Assembly (NCBI GenBank): GCA_045536565.1
Contig: JAZSNU010000008.1
Coordinates: forward strand, 1 to 22,914
Reading direction: 5' to 3'
Length of the DNA: 22,914 nucleotides
Source: Clostridia bacterium
Lineage (GTDB): Bacteria; Bacillota; Clostridia; TANB77; CAG-465
Positions 8,736-17,652 of the stretch are shown here, piece by piece. A program made the translations under genes and the position numbers. The notes below the pieces were generated by a model that had not been told where the DNA came from, made no database searches, and saw only the letters and a list, made by a program, of their open reading frames with translations. The stretch's first letter is position 1, and each line of letters begins with the position of its first letter.

Positions 8736-9209
8736 TTAACTGTATGCTATCATACCTTTTAAAATAGCAAGTTTTTTAGTATTTGTTTTTGCTTTGTATA
8801 TTCTATCTATTTGATAGAGTATATATTGCATTGTTCTCTTTGAATCAGAAATAAAGTTAGTAATTTGAGCTCTATTATCATTAATAAAAATTTGTTCTCC
8901 TAAATTAAAGAAATCAACCCCCTGCATAAATTCTTTTGAAAATTCCTCATCTATTTTTTGAAGCGAAGTTATAATTGTTATTAAATATTCTGATTCTAAC
9001 TTTTCATCATAATTTACAAAATTCATTTTAGCAATGCTTATATCATCATATGATACTACGCACTCTCTTGCAAGTTCCAAACTATTACTCAATTGTAATA
9101 TTTCGTTTTTAATTTCTTCATAATATTTGCAAATATATTTACATATATCCATGAGTCTATTAGTTACATCATTACTAGCCTTTACTTTTAGTTCTATAAT
9201 ATTTTTCAC
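8736..9209 (-). CDS. Hypothetical, probably helical protein
   Basis: 157-aa ORF, GTG start with AAGGAGAGG RBS, own promoter and terminator; no motif recognised. Confidence 0.7.
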   Translation of the reverse strand: MKNIIELKVKASNDVTNRLMDICKYICKYYEEIKNEILQLSNSLELARECVVSYDDISIAKMNFVNYDEKLESEYLITIITSLQKIDEEFSKEFMQGVDFFNLGEQIFINDNRAQITNFISDSKRTMQYILYQIDRIYKAKTNTKKLAILKGMIAYS

Positions 9210-9264
9210 AAAACCTCTCCTTTACTTACTAATTTTAGTTTGTATATAACATAAATCTTTATAT

Positions 9265-9293
9265 AGTATACCATACATTTAAATTAAATTCAA
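9265..9293 (-). promoter_or_regulatory. Sigma-A promoter
   Basis: TTGAAT-17 nt-TATACT with extended TG. Confidence 0.65.
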
Positions 9294-9295
9294 GA

Positions 9296-9328
9296 AAAAC
9301 GATCATATATAACTCTATATGACCGTTT
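9296..9328 (-). terminator. Intrinsic terminator
   Basis: aaacgatcatata...tatatgaccgttt inverted repeat with A-tract. Confidence 0.65.
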
Positions 9329-9332
9329 AATT

Positions 9333-10373
9333 CTATATTTTTTTATCTAATCCTATTACAATTCTATCTTGAACTGTTTCCATATATACGCCTTCTAAAC
9401 CAGATATAATATTCTTTATCAAATATAGTTCACTAGAATCTAGTTTATCAATATTTTTGTTTTCTACTGACACATACCAGAAAGCCTCGTCCTCTTTAAG
9501 TACTAATTTTACATTATCACCTATTGCTGATGTTTCCATTATATTTTTTAATAATTCGCAAATTATAAATATAACATCACTTATATTACCATGTATAAAT
9601 GTATTAGGTTTTACTGTGATTTCCTTCTCATACACTACACCGCTTGTTTTTATTTCATTTGATAGAATTAAATCTATTCTCTCTATAATATCTTTATCTG
9701 TTAAATACTCATCCTGTTTTTTCTCTTCGGTTTGAAGAATTATAGCAGTTAAAATTTTATCAATTTTTTCTAAATAGTTTTTGTTATTCTCATAGAATTT
9801 CTTTAAATCTTTAATAGTATCTCTATCTATACCATCTTGTGAATCCTCTATAAGAGTATTAGAAGCTTCTATTCCTGCACTTATAGACATAAGTGGTGAT
9901 TTCATATCTTCTGCTATACCCTTTATTAATTTACCAATTGCATTTACTCTATATTTGCTAAGCATTATCTCATTTTGTTGATTAAATATTCTAACTGCTG
10001 ACATTACTTGAAGTAATAATTTATCTGCGCCATCAGATTTATCATGATAATTTTGTATATTTAATCTTTGCAGTGTTTCAGCAGGTGGTTGTTGCCCTGA
10101 GAAACCTGTTTGCAGGATTATTATTATTTCTTTATTAAACTCTCTTACTTTATTTATTACATCTTCTCCTGTAAGCCCTGGCATATAATAATCAAGTAAA
10201 ACTATATGAACATTTCCAGATTTTACTTTTTCAATTCCTTCTTCTCCACTTGTTGCTATATCTACATTATACCCTTTACTTTTCAAGAAAAATGCTGTAA
10301 CTTCTATATAATCTACATCATCATCTACTAAAAGAATATTTACATGTCTTTTTAAATCTTCGTATTTTTCCAT
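9333..10373 (-). CDS. Receiver-domain protein fused to degenerate HisKA/HATPase-like domains
   Basis: REC: LLVDDD, LLDYYMPGLTG, QTG, K; followed by H-box-like GIAEDMKSPL and N-box-like ELLKN. Confidence 0.8.
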   Translation of the reverse strand: MEKYEDLKRHVNILLVDDDVDYIEVTAFFLKSKGYNVDIATSGEEGIEKVKSGNVHIVLLDYYMPGLTGEDVINKVREFNKEIIIILQTGFSGQQPPAETLQRLNIQNYHDKSDGADKLLLQVMSAVRIFNQQNEIMLSKYRVNAIGKLIKGIAEDMKSPLMSISAGIEASNTLIEDSQDGIDRDTIKDLKKFYENNKNYLEKIDKILTAIILQTEEKKQDEYLTDKDIIERIDLILSNEIKTSGVVYEKEITVKPNTFIHGNISDVIFIICELLKNIMETSAIGDNVKLVLKEDEAFWYVSVENKNIDKLDSSELYLIKNIISGLEGVYMETVQDRIVIGLDKKI

Positions 10374-10464
10374 ATATATTCCTCCATCTATACACCGTTA
10401 TTATATTACATATATTAAAAAAAGAAAAGACTTTTGTTTATTTTTATTTGCTATTTTATTCAAT

Positions 10465-10493
10465 TTGACATTGTTTACATAATATGATATACT
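10465..10493 (+). promoter_or_regulatory. Strong sigma-A promoter
   Basis: TTGACA-17 nt-TATACT with extended TG. Confidence 0.75.
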
Positions 10494-10550
10494 ATTTATG
10501 TGATTTATTCACAATTCTAATTATTAATATATATTGGAGGATAAAATAAT

Positions 10551-11018
10551 ATGTTTAAACTTATTACAAATTACAGTAGAGCCAAAAGACTTTTGGAAGA
10601 AGACGACAAACGGTTAAAAAAAGAGCATGATAATGCAATTAAGGAAGCTGCTATATATGCGCAAATTTCTGTTCTACCATCTTCAACTATTTCATATCTG
10701 AGAAAACTAAGTCAAATAGATGTTAATTCAGAAAAAGTAAATCCTATTTCTCTTTATAGAGAGCTAAATAGAATTAAACTTTCTTTGTATTATCAAGATG
10801 CTCGTACTCTCTACTCCGAAGTTTTCGACTTAATCCCTAGACCTGTATACGACACAGTATTTTTATATGATTCTACTAATAAAATTCAGGAAAAATCATT
10901 GGAAGAACTCGAAACAAAGCTCCATCTTTTAAAAGATTCTAATATTCTTATCAGTAACAAACGAGATATTGAATCTTTGAAAAAACTTGTATCAATAATT
11001 GATAGCTACTCTGATTAA
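10551..11018 (+). CDS. Hypothetical protein
   Basis: 155-aa ORF with GGAGG RBS, consensus promoter and terminator. Confidence 0.75.
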   Translation: MFKLITNYSRAKRLLEEDDKRLKKEHDNAIKEAAIYAQISVLPSSTISYLRKLSQIDVNSEKVNPISLYRELNRIKLSLYYQDARTLYSEVFDLIPRPVYDTVFLYDSTNKIQEKSLEELETKLHLLKDSNILISNKRDIESLKKLVSIIDSYSD

Positions 11019-11034
11019 GAGTAGCTATCTTTTT
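11001..11034. terminator. Terminator hairpin overlapping the stop codon
   Basis: gatagctactct-gatta-agagtagctatc followed by a T-tract, between convergent genes. Confidence 0.75.
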
Positions 11035-11035
11035 A

Positions 11036-12394
11036 TTATATTAAATTCATAAATTCTTCTTTTATCTCATTCATTCTTTCTTCTGTAACGCCTTCAAATC
11101 TTGCTGTTAAATCTGGTCCTGTATTAGATGCTCTAACCAGTGCCCAGCCATCATCAAATTCAACTCTTACACCATCTATGGTGTTCATGCTATATCCTTT
11201 TGATTTAGCATATTCTTTTACTTTTTCAACCTTACCAAATTTCTCATCATCAGTAGATTTTATCTTTATTTCAGGTGTTGAATAGTATCTATTTATTCCA
11301 TCTAATAATTGAGAAAACTTTTTATCCGTATTTGAAAGTAATTCAACAAATCTTAAACAAGCATATATTCCATCATCAAATCCAGGGAATTTATCTCTAA
11401 AAAAGATATGTCCTGAATACTCTCCACCGAAATTAAAATCGCCTTCTATCATCATTGCTTTCATATATGAATTACCCGTTCTATAACAAACTTTTTCTAT
11501 TCCTAATTTATCTAATTCATCAGCTAGTGATTTAGAGCATTTAACATCATATAACGCTCTTTTGTTTCTTACTTTATTATACAATTCTCTCCATACTATA
11601 ATCATTAGATAATCAACTGGTATGAAGTTTCCTTTTTCATCAATTGCTCCTACTCTGTCTGCGTCTCCATCTACACTTAGACCTATATCCGCTTTGCTTT
11701 CTAATACTTTTTGTTTTAATTTTTCAAGATTTGATTCTACGCATGGATCAGGATGATGATTTGGAAAATCAGGATCACTATCACAAAATATATATTCTGC
11801 ATCTACATTCAAATCTTTAAATGCATCTTTTATTACAACTGAACCTGTTCCATTTCCTGCATCTAAAACGACTTTAACTTTTCTATCTCCTAATTCTATA
11901 CTACTACGGATAAATTTAAGATATTCTTCTTTTATATCAACTTTTCTTTCGTTACCATTTGCCTCTTTAAAAATACCTCTTTCGATATATTTTCTAAAAT
12001 CTTGAATCATCTCTCCACATGCATTTCCTCTTTCATCAAATGCTATTTTAAATCCGTTATATTCTTTTGGATTATGACTTGCTGTTATCATTGCTCCTGA
12101 AACTACTCCTAACTTTTCCCATGAGTAATAATACATAGGTGTTGTAACAAGCCCAATGTTATATACAGTTATACCTGTTTCTATTGCTCCCTGTATAAAT
12201 GCTTTTGAAAGTTCAGGCGATGATGCTCTATTATCATAACCTACTACTGCTACTGTTTTACCAAGTTCTTGTATATATGAACCAAATCCTTTTCCGATGG
12301 TATATGCAACATCTTCATTTAAATCTTGTCCGTATATTCCCCTTATATCATACCCTCTAAATATATGTTTATTTATATTTTTTTCTATTTTCAT
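11036..12394 (-). CDS. Phosphomannomutase/phosphoglucomutase (alpha-D-phosphohexomutase)
   Basis: FRGYDIRG, TASHNP, DGDADR, GEYSGH and RASNT motifs; AGGAGG RBS supports a start at 12394. Confidence 0.93.
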   Translation of the reverse strand: MKIEKNINKHIFRGYDIRGIYGQDLNEDVAYTIGKGFGSYIQELGKTVAVVGYDNRASSPELSKAFIQGAIETGITVYNIGLVTTPMYYYSWEKLGVVSGAMITASHNPKEYNGFKIAFDERGNACGEMIQDFRKYIERGIFKEANGNERKVDIKEEYLKFIRSSIELGDRKVKVVLDAGNGTGSVVIKDAFKDLNVDAEYIFCDSDPDFPNHHPDPCVESNLEKLKQKVLESKADIGLSVDGDADRVGAIDEKGNFIPVDYLMIIVWRELYNKVRNKRALYDVKCSKSLADELDKLGIEKVCYRTGNSYMKAMMIEGDFNFGGEYSGHIFFRDKFPGFDDGIYACLRFVELLSNTDKKFSQLLDGINRYYSTPEIKIKSTDDEKFGKVEKVKEYAKSKGYSMNTIDGVRVEFDDGWALVRASNTGPDLTARFEGVTEERMNEIKEEFMNLI

Positions 12395-12488
12395 ATATCC
12401 TCCTACAAACAATATGCTCAAAGCATAAATTTATATAGAACATTATATAATTAAAAAAATATTTTTTCAACATTATATATAAATTTGC

Positions 12489-12517
12489 TTTACTTAGACA
12501 ATTTTTTCTGTTATAAT
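12489..12517 (+). promoter_or_regulatory. tRNA promoter
   Basis: TTTACT-17 nt-TATAAT with extended TG. Confidence 0.55.
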
Positions 12518-12530
12518 ACACATATTAAAT

Positions 12531-12605
12531 GGCCCATTGGTCAAGCGGTTAAGACGCAGCCCTCTCAAGGCTGAATCATGGGTTCGATTCCCGTATGGGT
12601 CACCA
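12531..12605 (+). tRNA. tRNA-Glu (anticodon CTC)
   Basis: Cloverleaf GGCCCAT...ATGGGTC-ACCA; anticodon arm CAGCC-CTCTCAA-GGCTG; T-loop GGTTCGATTCC. Confidence 0.96.
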
Positions 12606-12611
12606 AATATT

Positions 12612-12642
12612 AGGTAGTAGATATTGTCTACTATCTTTTTTT
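12612..12642 (+). terminator. Terminator after the tRNA
   Basis: aggtagtaga-tattg-tctactatct followed by a T-tract. Confidence 0.75.
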
Positions 12643-12667
12643 GTTATATAATAACTGTGGTGATAAT

Positions 12668-13966
12668 ATGATTAAAGTTATAAAAAACGGAACTGTCGTT
12701 ACTATGGACGAAAAAAGAGAGAAAAAATTTGAAAAATTAGATATTGTTATATCTGATGATACAATAGTTGATATTACAGAAAACTATTCTGGAAAAGCAG
12801 ATAAAATAATAGATGCAAAAAATAAAATAGTTATGCCTGGTTTAATAAACTGTCATACGCATCTTGGTATGAGTATTTTTAGATGCACTAATGATGGATA
12901 TAATCTAAATGATTGGTTAAATATTAAAATTTGGCCAAGAGAAGATAAGTTATCTTGGAAAGACATTTACTACACTACTTTACTTTCATGCATCGAAACA
13001 ATTAAGTCAGGAACTACAACAAGCGCGGATCATTATTTTGGAACACTTGAAAGTATTAATGCTATAAAAGAATGTAAAATCAGGCAAATATTTACTAATT
13101 GTGTTTTAGATTCTGATGGAAATGGTAAAAACAGAATTGATATTTTTGAAAAACTATATAACGAAAATAAAGATATATCAGATTTAATAACATTTTCAGT
13201 AGCACCTCACTCTATGTACACATGTAGCAAAGATTATTTAGAAAAATTAAGAGATATAGCTATTAAATATAGTTTACCTATTCATATGCATATGTCAGAA
13301 AATTTAGATGAAGTAAAAACTATCACTGAAAAATATGGAATGAAACCTGCATTTGTATTAAAAGAACTTGGTCTTACCGATTGCAAACTAGTACTTGCAC
13401 ATTGTACATACCTAGATGATGATGAAATAAATCTACTAAAACAATATGATGTTAGTATTGTACATAACCCTATTAGCAATCTTAATTTAGGCTGTGGAAT
13501 TGCTAATATCAAAAAATATATTGATAATGGCTTAAATGTTTGTCTTGGAACAGACGGTCAAGGTTCTGCAATTAATCTAGATATGTTCTATCATATGGCA
13601 TTTGTTGATTTATTGCAAAAAGGTATTCACAAAGACCCTCTTGCATTAGATCCTTATGAAGTATTAAAACTTGCAACTGTAAATGGTGCAAAGGCTTTTG
13701 GATTAGATGATAAAATAGGTTCTATTGAAGTAAATAAAAAGGCAGATATTATAATCTTAGATTATGACGATGTAGCAGTTTATCCAACTGTAAACCTTAT
13801 TTCTCAAATAGTACATAATACTAGAAATTATCATGTTATAACTAGCATTGTAAATGGTGAAATAATAATGGAAAATAGAAAACTAAAAATAGATATAGAT
13901 GAAACTAAATTAAAAGAAAAAATAGATATAATTATAAGGAAGGTAGATTTAATAGAAAAAACATAA
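12668..13966 (+). CDS. Amidohydrolase, MtaD (MTA/SAH deaminase)/TRZ-ATZ family
   Basis: PGLINCHTH, APHS, HMHMSE, AHC, HNPISN, GTDG, ATVNGAKA and ADII motifs; ATG at 12668 preferred. Confidence 0.88.
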   Translation: MIKVIKNGTVVTMDEKREKKFEKLDIVISDDTIVDITENYSGKADKIIDAKNKIVMPGLINCHTHLGMSIFRCTNDGYNLNDWLNIKIWPREDKLSWKDIYYTTLLSCIETIKSGTTTSADHYFGTLESINAIKECKIRQIFTNCVLDSDGNGKNRIDIFEKLYNENKDISDLITFSVAPHSMYTCSKDYLEKLRDIAIKYSLPIHMHMSENLDEVKTITEKYGMKPAFVLKELGLTDCKLVLAHCTYLDDDEINLLKQYDVSIVHNPISNLNLGCGIANIKKYIDNGLNVCLGTDGQGSAINLDMFYHMAFVDLLQKGIHKDPLALDPYEVLKLATVNGAKAFGLDDKIGSIEVNKKADIIILDYDDVAVYPTVNLISQIVHNTRNYHVITSIVNGEIIMENRKLKIDIDETKLKEKIDIIIRKVDLIEKT

Positions 13967-13972
13967 TAAAAT

Positions 13973-13999
13973 GCTCCCTTGCATAACGCTTGGGAGCCT
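13973..13999. terminator. Bidirectional terminator
   Basis: gctccc...gggagc hairpin between convergent genes. Confidence 0.55.
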
Positions 14000-14006
14000 T
14001 ATTATT

Positions 14007-15305
14007 TTATTTAATATCTTTATGTTCATTGGTTAGTTTTTTAATCTTTTTATACTCTTTTCTTTCCTCGTTATTTTCATATTTTTTTAATTTTTCATAT
14101 AAATATACTACTTGCAAAAATTCAATCCATAAAAATGCATATAGCAATAATATAGGTGCATATTCCTTTAATATTTCCCCTATAACTGATAATGTGCTTA
14201 TATTATTTCTTTTATCAATATCTTTTTTATTGTTTTGCGTACCTTCACCTTTTAAACTATTTATCTCTTCTTTATTTACCTTTAATGTATATATGTTTTG
14301 TATTTTCTCATTTTCAGAAGTTACTACTATTTTTATAATATTTTCACCTATAACAAGTTTATCATTCCCTATAATCTCAACTTTTGATTTTTCATTTACT
14401 GGAAATGCCGATATTTCTAATGTTTCTACATCTTCTCCTACACTTCCTATATCGTATTCAAATACTTCTGATGAAAACTCTGGTGTTAATATTTTATCTG
14501 TTACTATAATATTTTGTAGATATGCATTTGATTTTATAGGGTCATCTGTTTTCGTAACTATTATTTTATATGTATTTACGGTCTTTTTATCTTGGGCCGT
14601 AACCTTTGCTAAAATGGTATTTTCTCCTTCTTTTAAATCTGTATTTCCAGTTATGCTTACTGTTGCCTTATTATTTTCTGGCACAGCAGTAACACTTAAT
14701 GTATTAATATTTTCATCCACAGTTATAGCATAATTATATATTGTTTTTGAAAAATTAGGAGTTATTCCTGGATAATCTAGTCTAAACTCTTTTAGGTATG
14801 CATTGCTACTTAATGTATTATTTGTGCTTTGACTTGCACCTGTATTTGTTGAAGGCTTTGGTGTTGTGGTATTTACAGATGGCGAGGTATTTGTCGTGTT
14901 ATTAGTGGTAGGTGGCGCGGAAACCACAGGTTTTGCATTTACAGTTACTGTAACACTTCTAGAAATATCCGATGTTACATCTGTTTCTCCATCTGAAATA
15001 TCACCTTTTAAATATATAGTATATGTACCAACTGTATTTGTATTTAAAGTATATGATTTATTTGTTACCTGATTTGCACCCTCTATATTAAATCCAGTTA
15101 CATTACCACCACTTATTCCATTACCACTTACATTAAGATTCCATGCAGCAGCATTTACACTTACATTAATAGTTACATTATCCCCCACATATGCTGATGT
15201 TTTACTCGCTGATATATTTGCAGTTGCTGCATATATGGTACTTGCAAATATTATATTAATTAAAAATATATTCATAATAACTAATCTTTTTAATGTGTTT
15301 TTCAT
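14007..15305 (-). CDS. Membrane-anchored surface protein: signal peptide, cohesin-like/Ig N-domain, P/T/N linker, two cadherin-like beta-sandwich domains, C-terminal TM (anchor 2)
   Basis: IYA/A cleavage site; SSNAYL..TPNF....NY...GNTDLKEGEN.I...VTAQD....TY pattern occurs twice; TM plus Lys-rich tail; AAGGAGGT RBS supports a start at 15305. Confidence 0.8.
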   Translation of the reverse strand: MKNTLKRLVIMNIFLINIIFASTIYAATANISASKTSAYVGDNVTINVSVNAAAWNLNVSGNGISGGNVTGFNIEGANQVTNKSYTLNTNTVGTYTIYLKGDISDGETDVTSDISRSVTVTVNAKPVVSAPPTTNNTTNTSPSVNTTTPKPSTNTGASQSTNNTLSSNAYLKEFRLDYPGITPNFSKTIYNYAITVDENINTLSVTAVPENNKATVSITGNTDLKEGENTILAKVTAQDKKTVNTYKIIVTKTDDPIKSNAYLQNIIVTDKILTPEFSSEVFEYDIGSVGEDVETLEISAFPVNEKSKVEIIGNDKLVIGENIIKIVVTSENEKIQNIYTLKVNKEEINSLKGEGTQNNKKDIDKRNNISTLSVIGEILKEYAPILLLYAFLWIEFLQVVYLYEKLKKYENNEERKEYKKIKKLTNEHKDIK

Positions 15306-15315
15306 TTCTACCTCC

Positions 15316-17553
15316 TTAATCATTTCCTAAATCAGATAAGCCATTTAAATATTTAACTATCTTTAACAAATCTCCTGAATTTATTTTTAAATCGTCTGTT
15401 ACATCCGCAGCTTTTAATACCGTTTCATCATGTATCACATTTGTATTATTTAAATGCTTAACTAATCTTAACAAATCACCCGAATTTATCTTTGAATCTG
15501 AATTTACATCACCAAATATTAGTACTATATACTCATATACTACTTCGTTATTTTCCCCGTTTATTATCTGCACCTTAGTTCCAGTACCTACTAAATCTTC
15601 ATCTGATAGTTCTTTATTATCTATACTTTTTATACTAATATCATAACCTGTTTGTATTTTTGATTTAATATCATATACCGTTGTTTCAGGAGATATTTTA
15701 GATAATATATTACCATCTACATTTATACTTTCATGTATAAAAATATCTTTATCTCCTAAATCTATGACTCTAACTATTGCCTCTTTCTTTATATCAGTTC
15801 CTAGTATATTAACGATTATTTTTGTTTCTCCTTGTTGTAACCCATGTATTTTCCCATCAATTACTTTTGCAATATTTTCATCTGATATCTTTGCTTCATA
15901 CTCATTTATATCTGAATCATCTACTCGCACATTAAACGATGTTTCTTTTCCTTTTATTACAATGTATTCTTCCTTATCTAGTAATATATTAGGTTCTTTT
16001 TTAACTACTTCAATAACACATGTGGCTGTTTTTTGCTGATCTTCTGATGTTGCTGTTATTACTACTGTCCCCTCCTTAACTCCTGTAACTATTCCATCAT
16101 TTGATACTGTTGCAATAGAAGTATCACTTGACTCCCAATATACCTCTTTATATTCAGCGTTACTTGGTAAAATGTTTGCTGTAAGTATTTCAGTATCACC
16201 TGGATTTATTTGCACTAATGATTTATTTAATGTAATACTATCCACCTTTATATATGAATATTCCTTTATATAACTTTGAAACACATACCCTTCTATTCCG
16301 CTATCTAGTCTTACCTTATCCCATCTTTCACCTGCTTGAACACCCCTTGCAATTCTTGTCATAACTGTGTTTTTAGGAATTGTTATTATTGTACTATTCC
16401 CTGTTCCTGCGCCCGACCTTATATTTAAATTAACTGTTGTATATACTTTTGTATTATCCATTACAAACTCTTCTGGATTTTGCATATATATATCAACCGG
16501 TGAATCAGGCATATTATTATATACAGGTATAACAAAGTTAAAAGGTATGTCTAAAAGTCCCATATTTAAATATGCGTTATGTGTTGATATTGCTTCATTG
16601 GCAGGCGCTAAAATATTTTGCATATATTGATGTGTATATAGAGCGGATGATGCATCATCGTTTACATTAAACTTTTGCAGATATGTTGTATATTGACCAA
16701 CACTTATATACTTTTCTGATATAAACTTGGCTCCACCATTTATTGCTTTTTCAGGATCTGTCCACCCCATACTTCTAGCATAGGCAAGCCCTGTTACTGC
16801 CGGGTCACTTCCTCCTGTTGCTCCTATGTTATAGTAATTATATAGTCCAACATAACCTGCAACTGTTCCTTTAATAGATGTATTGTTTTGTATATCACAA
16901 CCTGTTTCTTGTTTTATTCTAGATGCTAAGTGATAAGGACTTACACCATATTTTGACGCTGCTTCCATAACCACCTTGCTATATGTTTTATTAATTGTCT
17001 GAGAATTTCCCTTTGTGTCTACATATGATATATTATTTTTATACATCAAAGTCCCATAAAATATTTTCTCAACACCATCTTGGTTTTGAGTAGTAGAATC
17101 ATAGTTTAATGTTTCAAATTGAAACATTTGCATTTCGTTTAGATACCTTCTTGGGTCCATACTGTATGAAATAGCAAGTTCAGAAGCTGTAACCCATCCT
17201 TCCTCTATTACATTATACTTACCGCTGCTATTTTTCCATTTCCATACTTCTGAAAAAGATAACGGTACTGCACTCCTTATTAAATTTACTCTGGGTCCTT
17301 CATTAAGAACTGCATCATACCAGTTTATACCAGTATTTAACGCGGTAAATGTCCAATTAGGATGCTTTCTATTTAACTCTTTTAAGTATACTTGATAACT
17401 TTCTGGAAATGCTGATATTCCTGTTTCTTTCGTTGCTGCAAAAACATTACCACTTCTATATGTAAATATAATACAAATAACTAGAACTGGTATTTTATAT
17501 ATTTTTAACATTTTATTATTTATTTTTTTTAAACATTTCTTATACGCAAACAA
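15316..17553 (-). CDS. Secreted GH73-like glucosaminidase/autolysin with SH3b, Ig-like (Big_2) domains, X-like module and C-terminal dockerin (hydrolase 2)
   Basis: QET, YNYYNIGA, GW..PEKAINGGA.FI, GQ.T.Y.QKF, HQYMQN; SH3b LNIRSGAGT...W.KV....EGYV; Big_2 WESSD..IATV..DG.VTG...G; duplicated DVNSDSKINSGD/DVTDDLKINSGD; TTG at 17553 has a GGGGAG RBS. Confidence 0.82.
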   Translation of the reverse strand: MFAYKKCLKKINNKMLKIYKIPVLVICIIFTYRSGNVFAATKETGISAFPESYQVYLKELNRKHPNWTFTALNTGINWYDAVLNEGPRVNLIRSAVPLSFSEVWKWKNSSGKYNVIEEGWVTASELAISYSMDPRRYLNEMQMFQFETLNYDSTTQNQDGVEKIFYGTLMYKNNISYVDTKGNSQTINKTYSKVVMEAASKYGVSPYHLASRIKQETGCDIQNNTSIKGTVAGYVGLYNYYNIGATGGSDPAVTGLAYARSMGWTDPEKAINGGAKFISEKYISVGQYTTYLQKFNVNDDASSALYTHQYMQNILAPANEAISTHNAYLNMGLLDIPFNFVIPVYNNMPDSPVDIYMQNPEEFVMDNTKVYTTVNLNIRSGAGTGNSTIITIPKNTVMTRIARGVQAGERWDKVRLDSGIEGYVFQSYIKEYSYIKVDSITLNKSLVQINPGDTEILTANILPSNAEYKEVYWESSDTSIATVSNDGIVTGVKEGTVVITATSEDQQKTATCVIEVVKKEPNILLDKEEYIVIKGKETSFNVRVDDSDINEYEAKISDENIAKVIDGKIHGLQQGETKIIVNILGTDIKKEAIVRVIDLGDKDIFIHESINVDGNILSKISPETTVYDIKSKIQTGYDISIKSIDNKELSDEDLVGTGTKVQIINGENNEVVYEYIVLIFGDVNSDSKINSGDLLRLVKHLNNTNVIHDETVLKAADVTDDLKINSGDLLKIVKYLNGLSDLGND

Positions 17554-17652
17554 TATTTTCACTCCCCAGAAAAGAAAAAATAGCAAACAATAACATGTTT
17601 ATACATATTATTATTTACTATTTTTTTGCATTAATGCATTAATTTACATTAA

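Noticed and set aside
13990-14733. 247-aa hydrophobic-looking plus-strand ORF
   Set aside because: Antisense to a well-supported anchor gene; the hydrophobicity mirrors Lys/Glu/Asn codons on the coding strand
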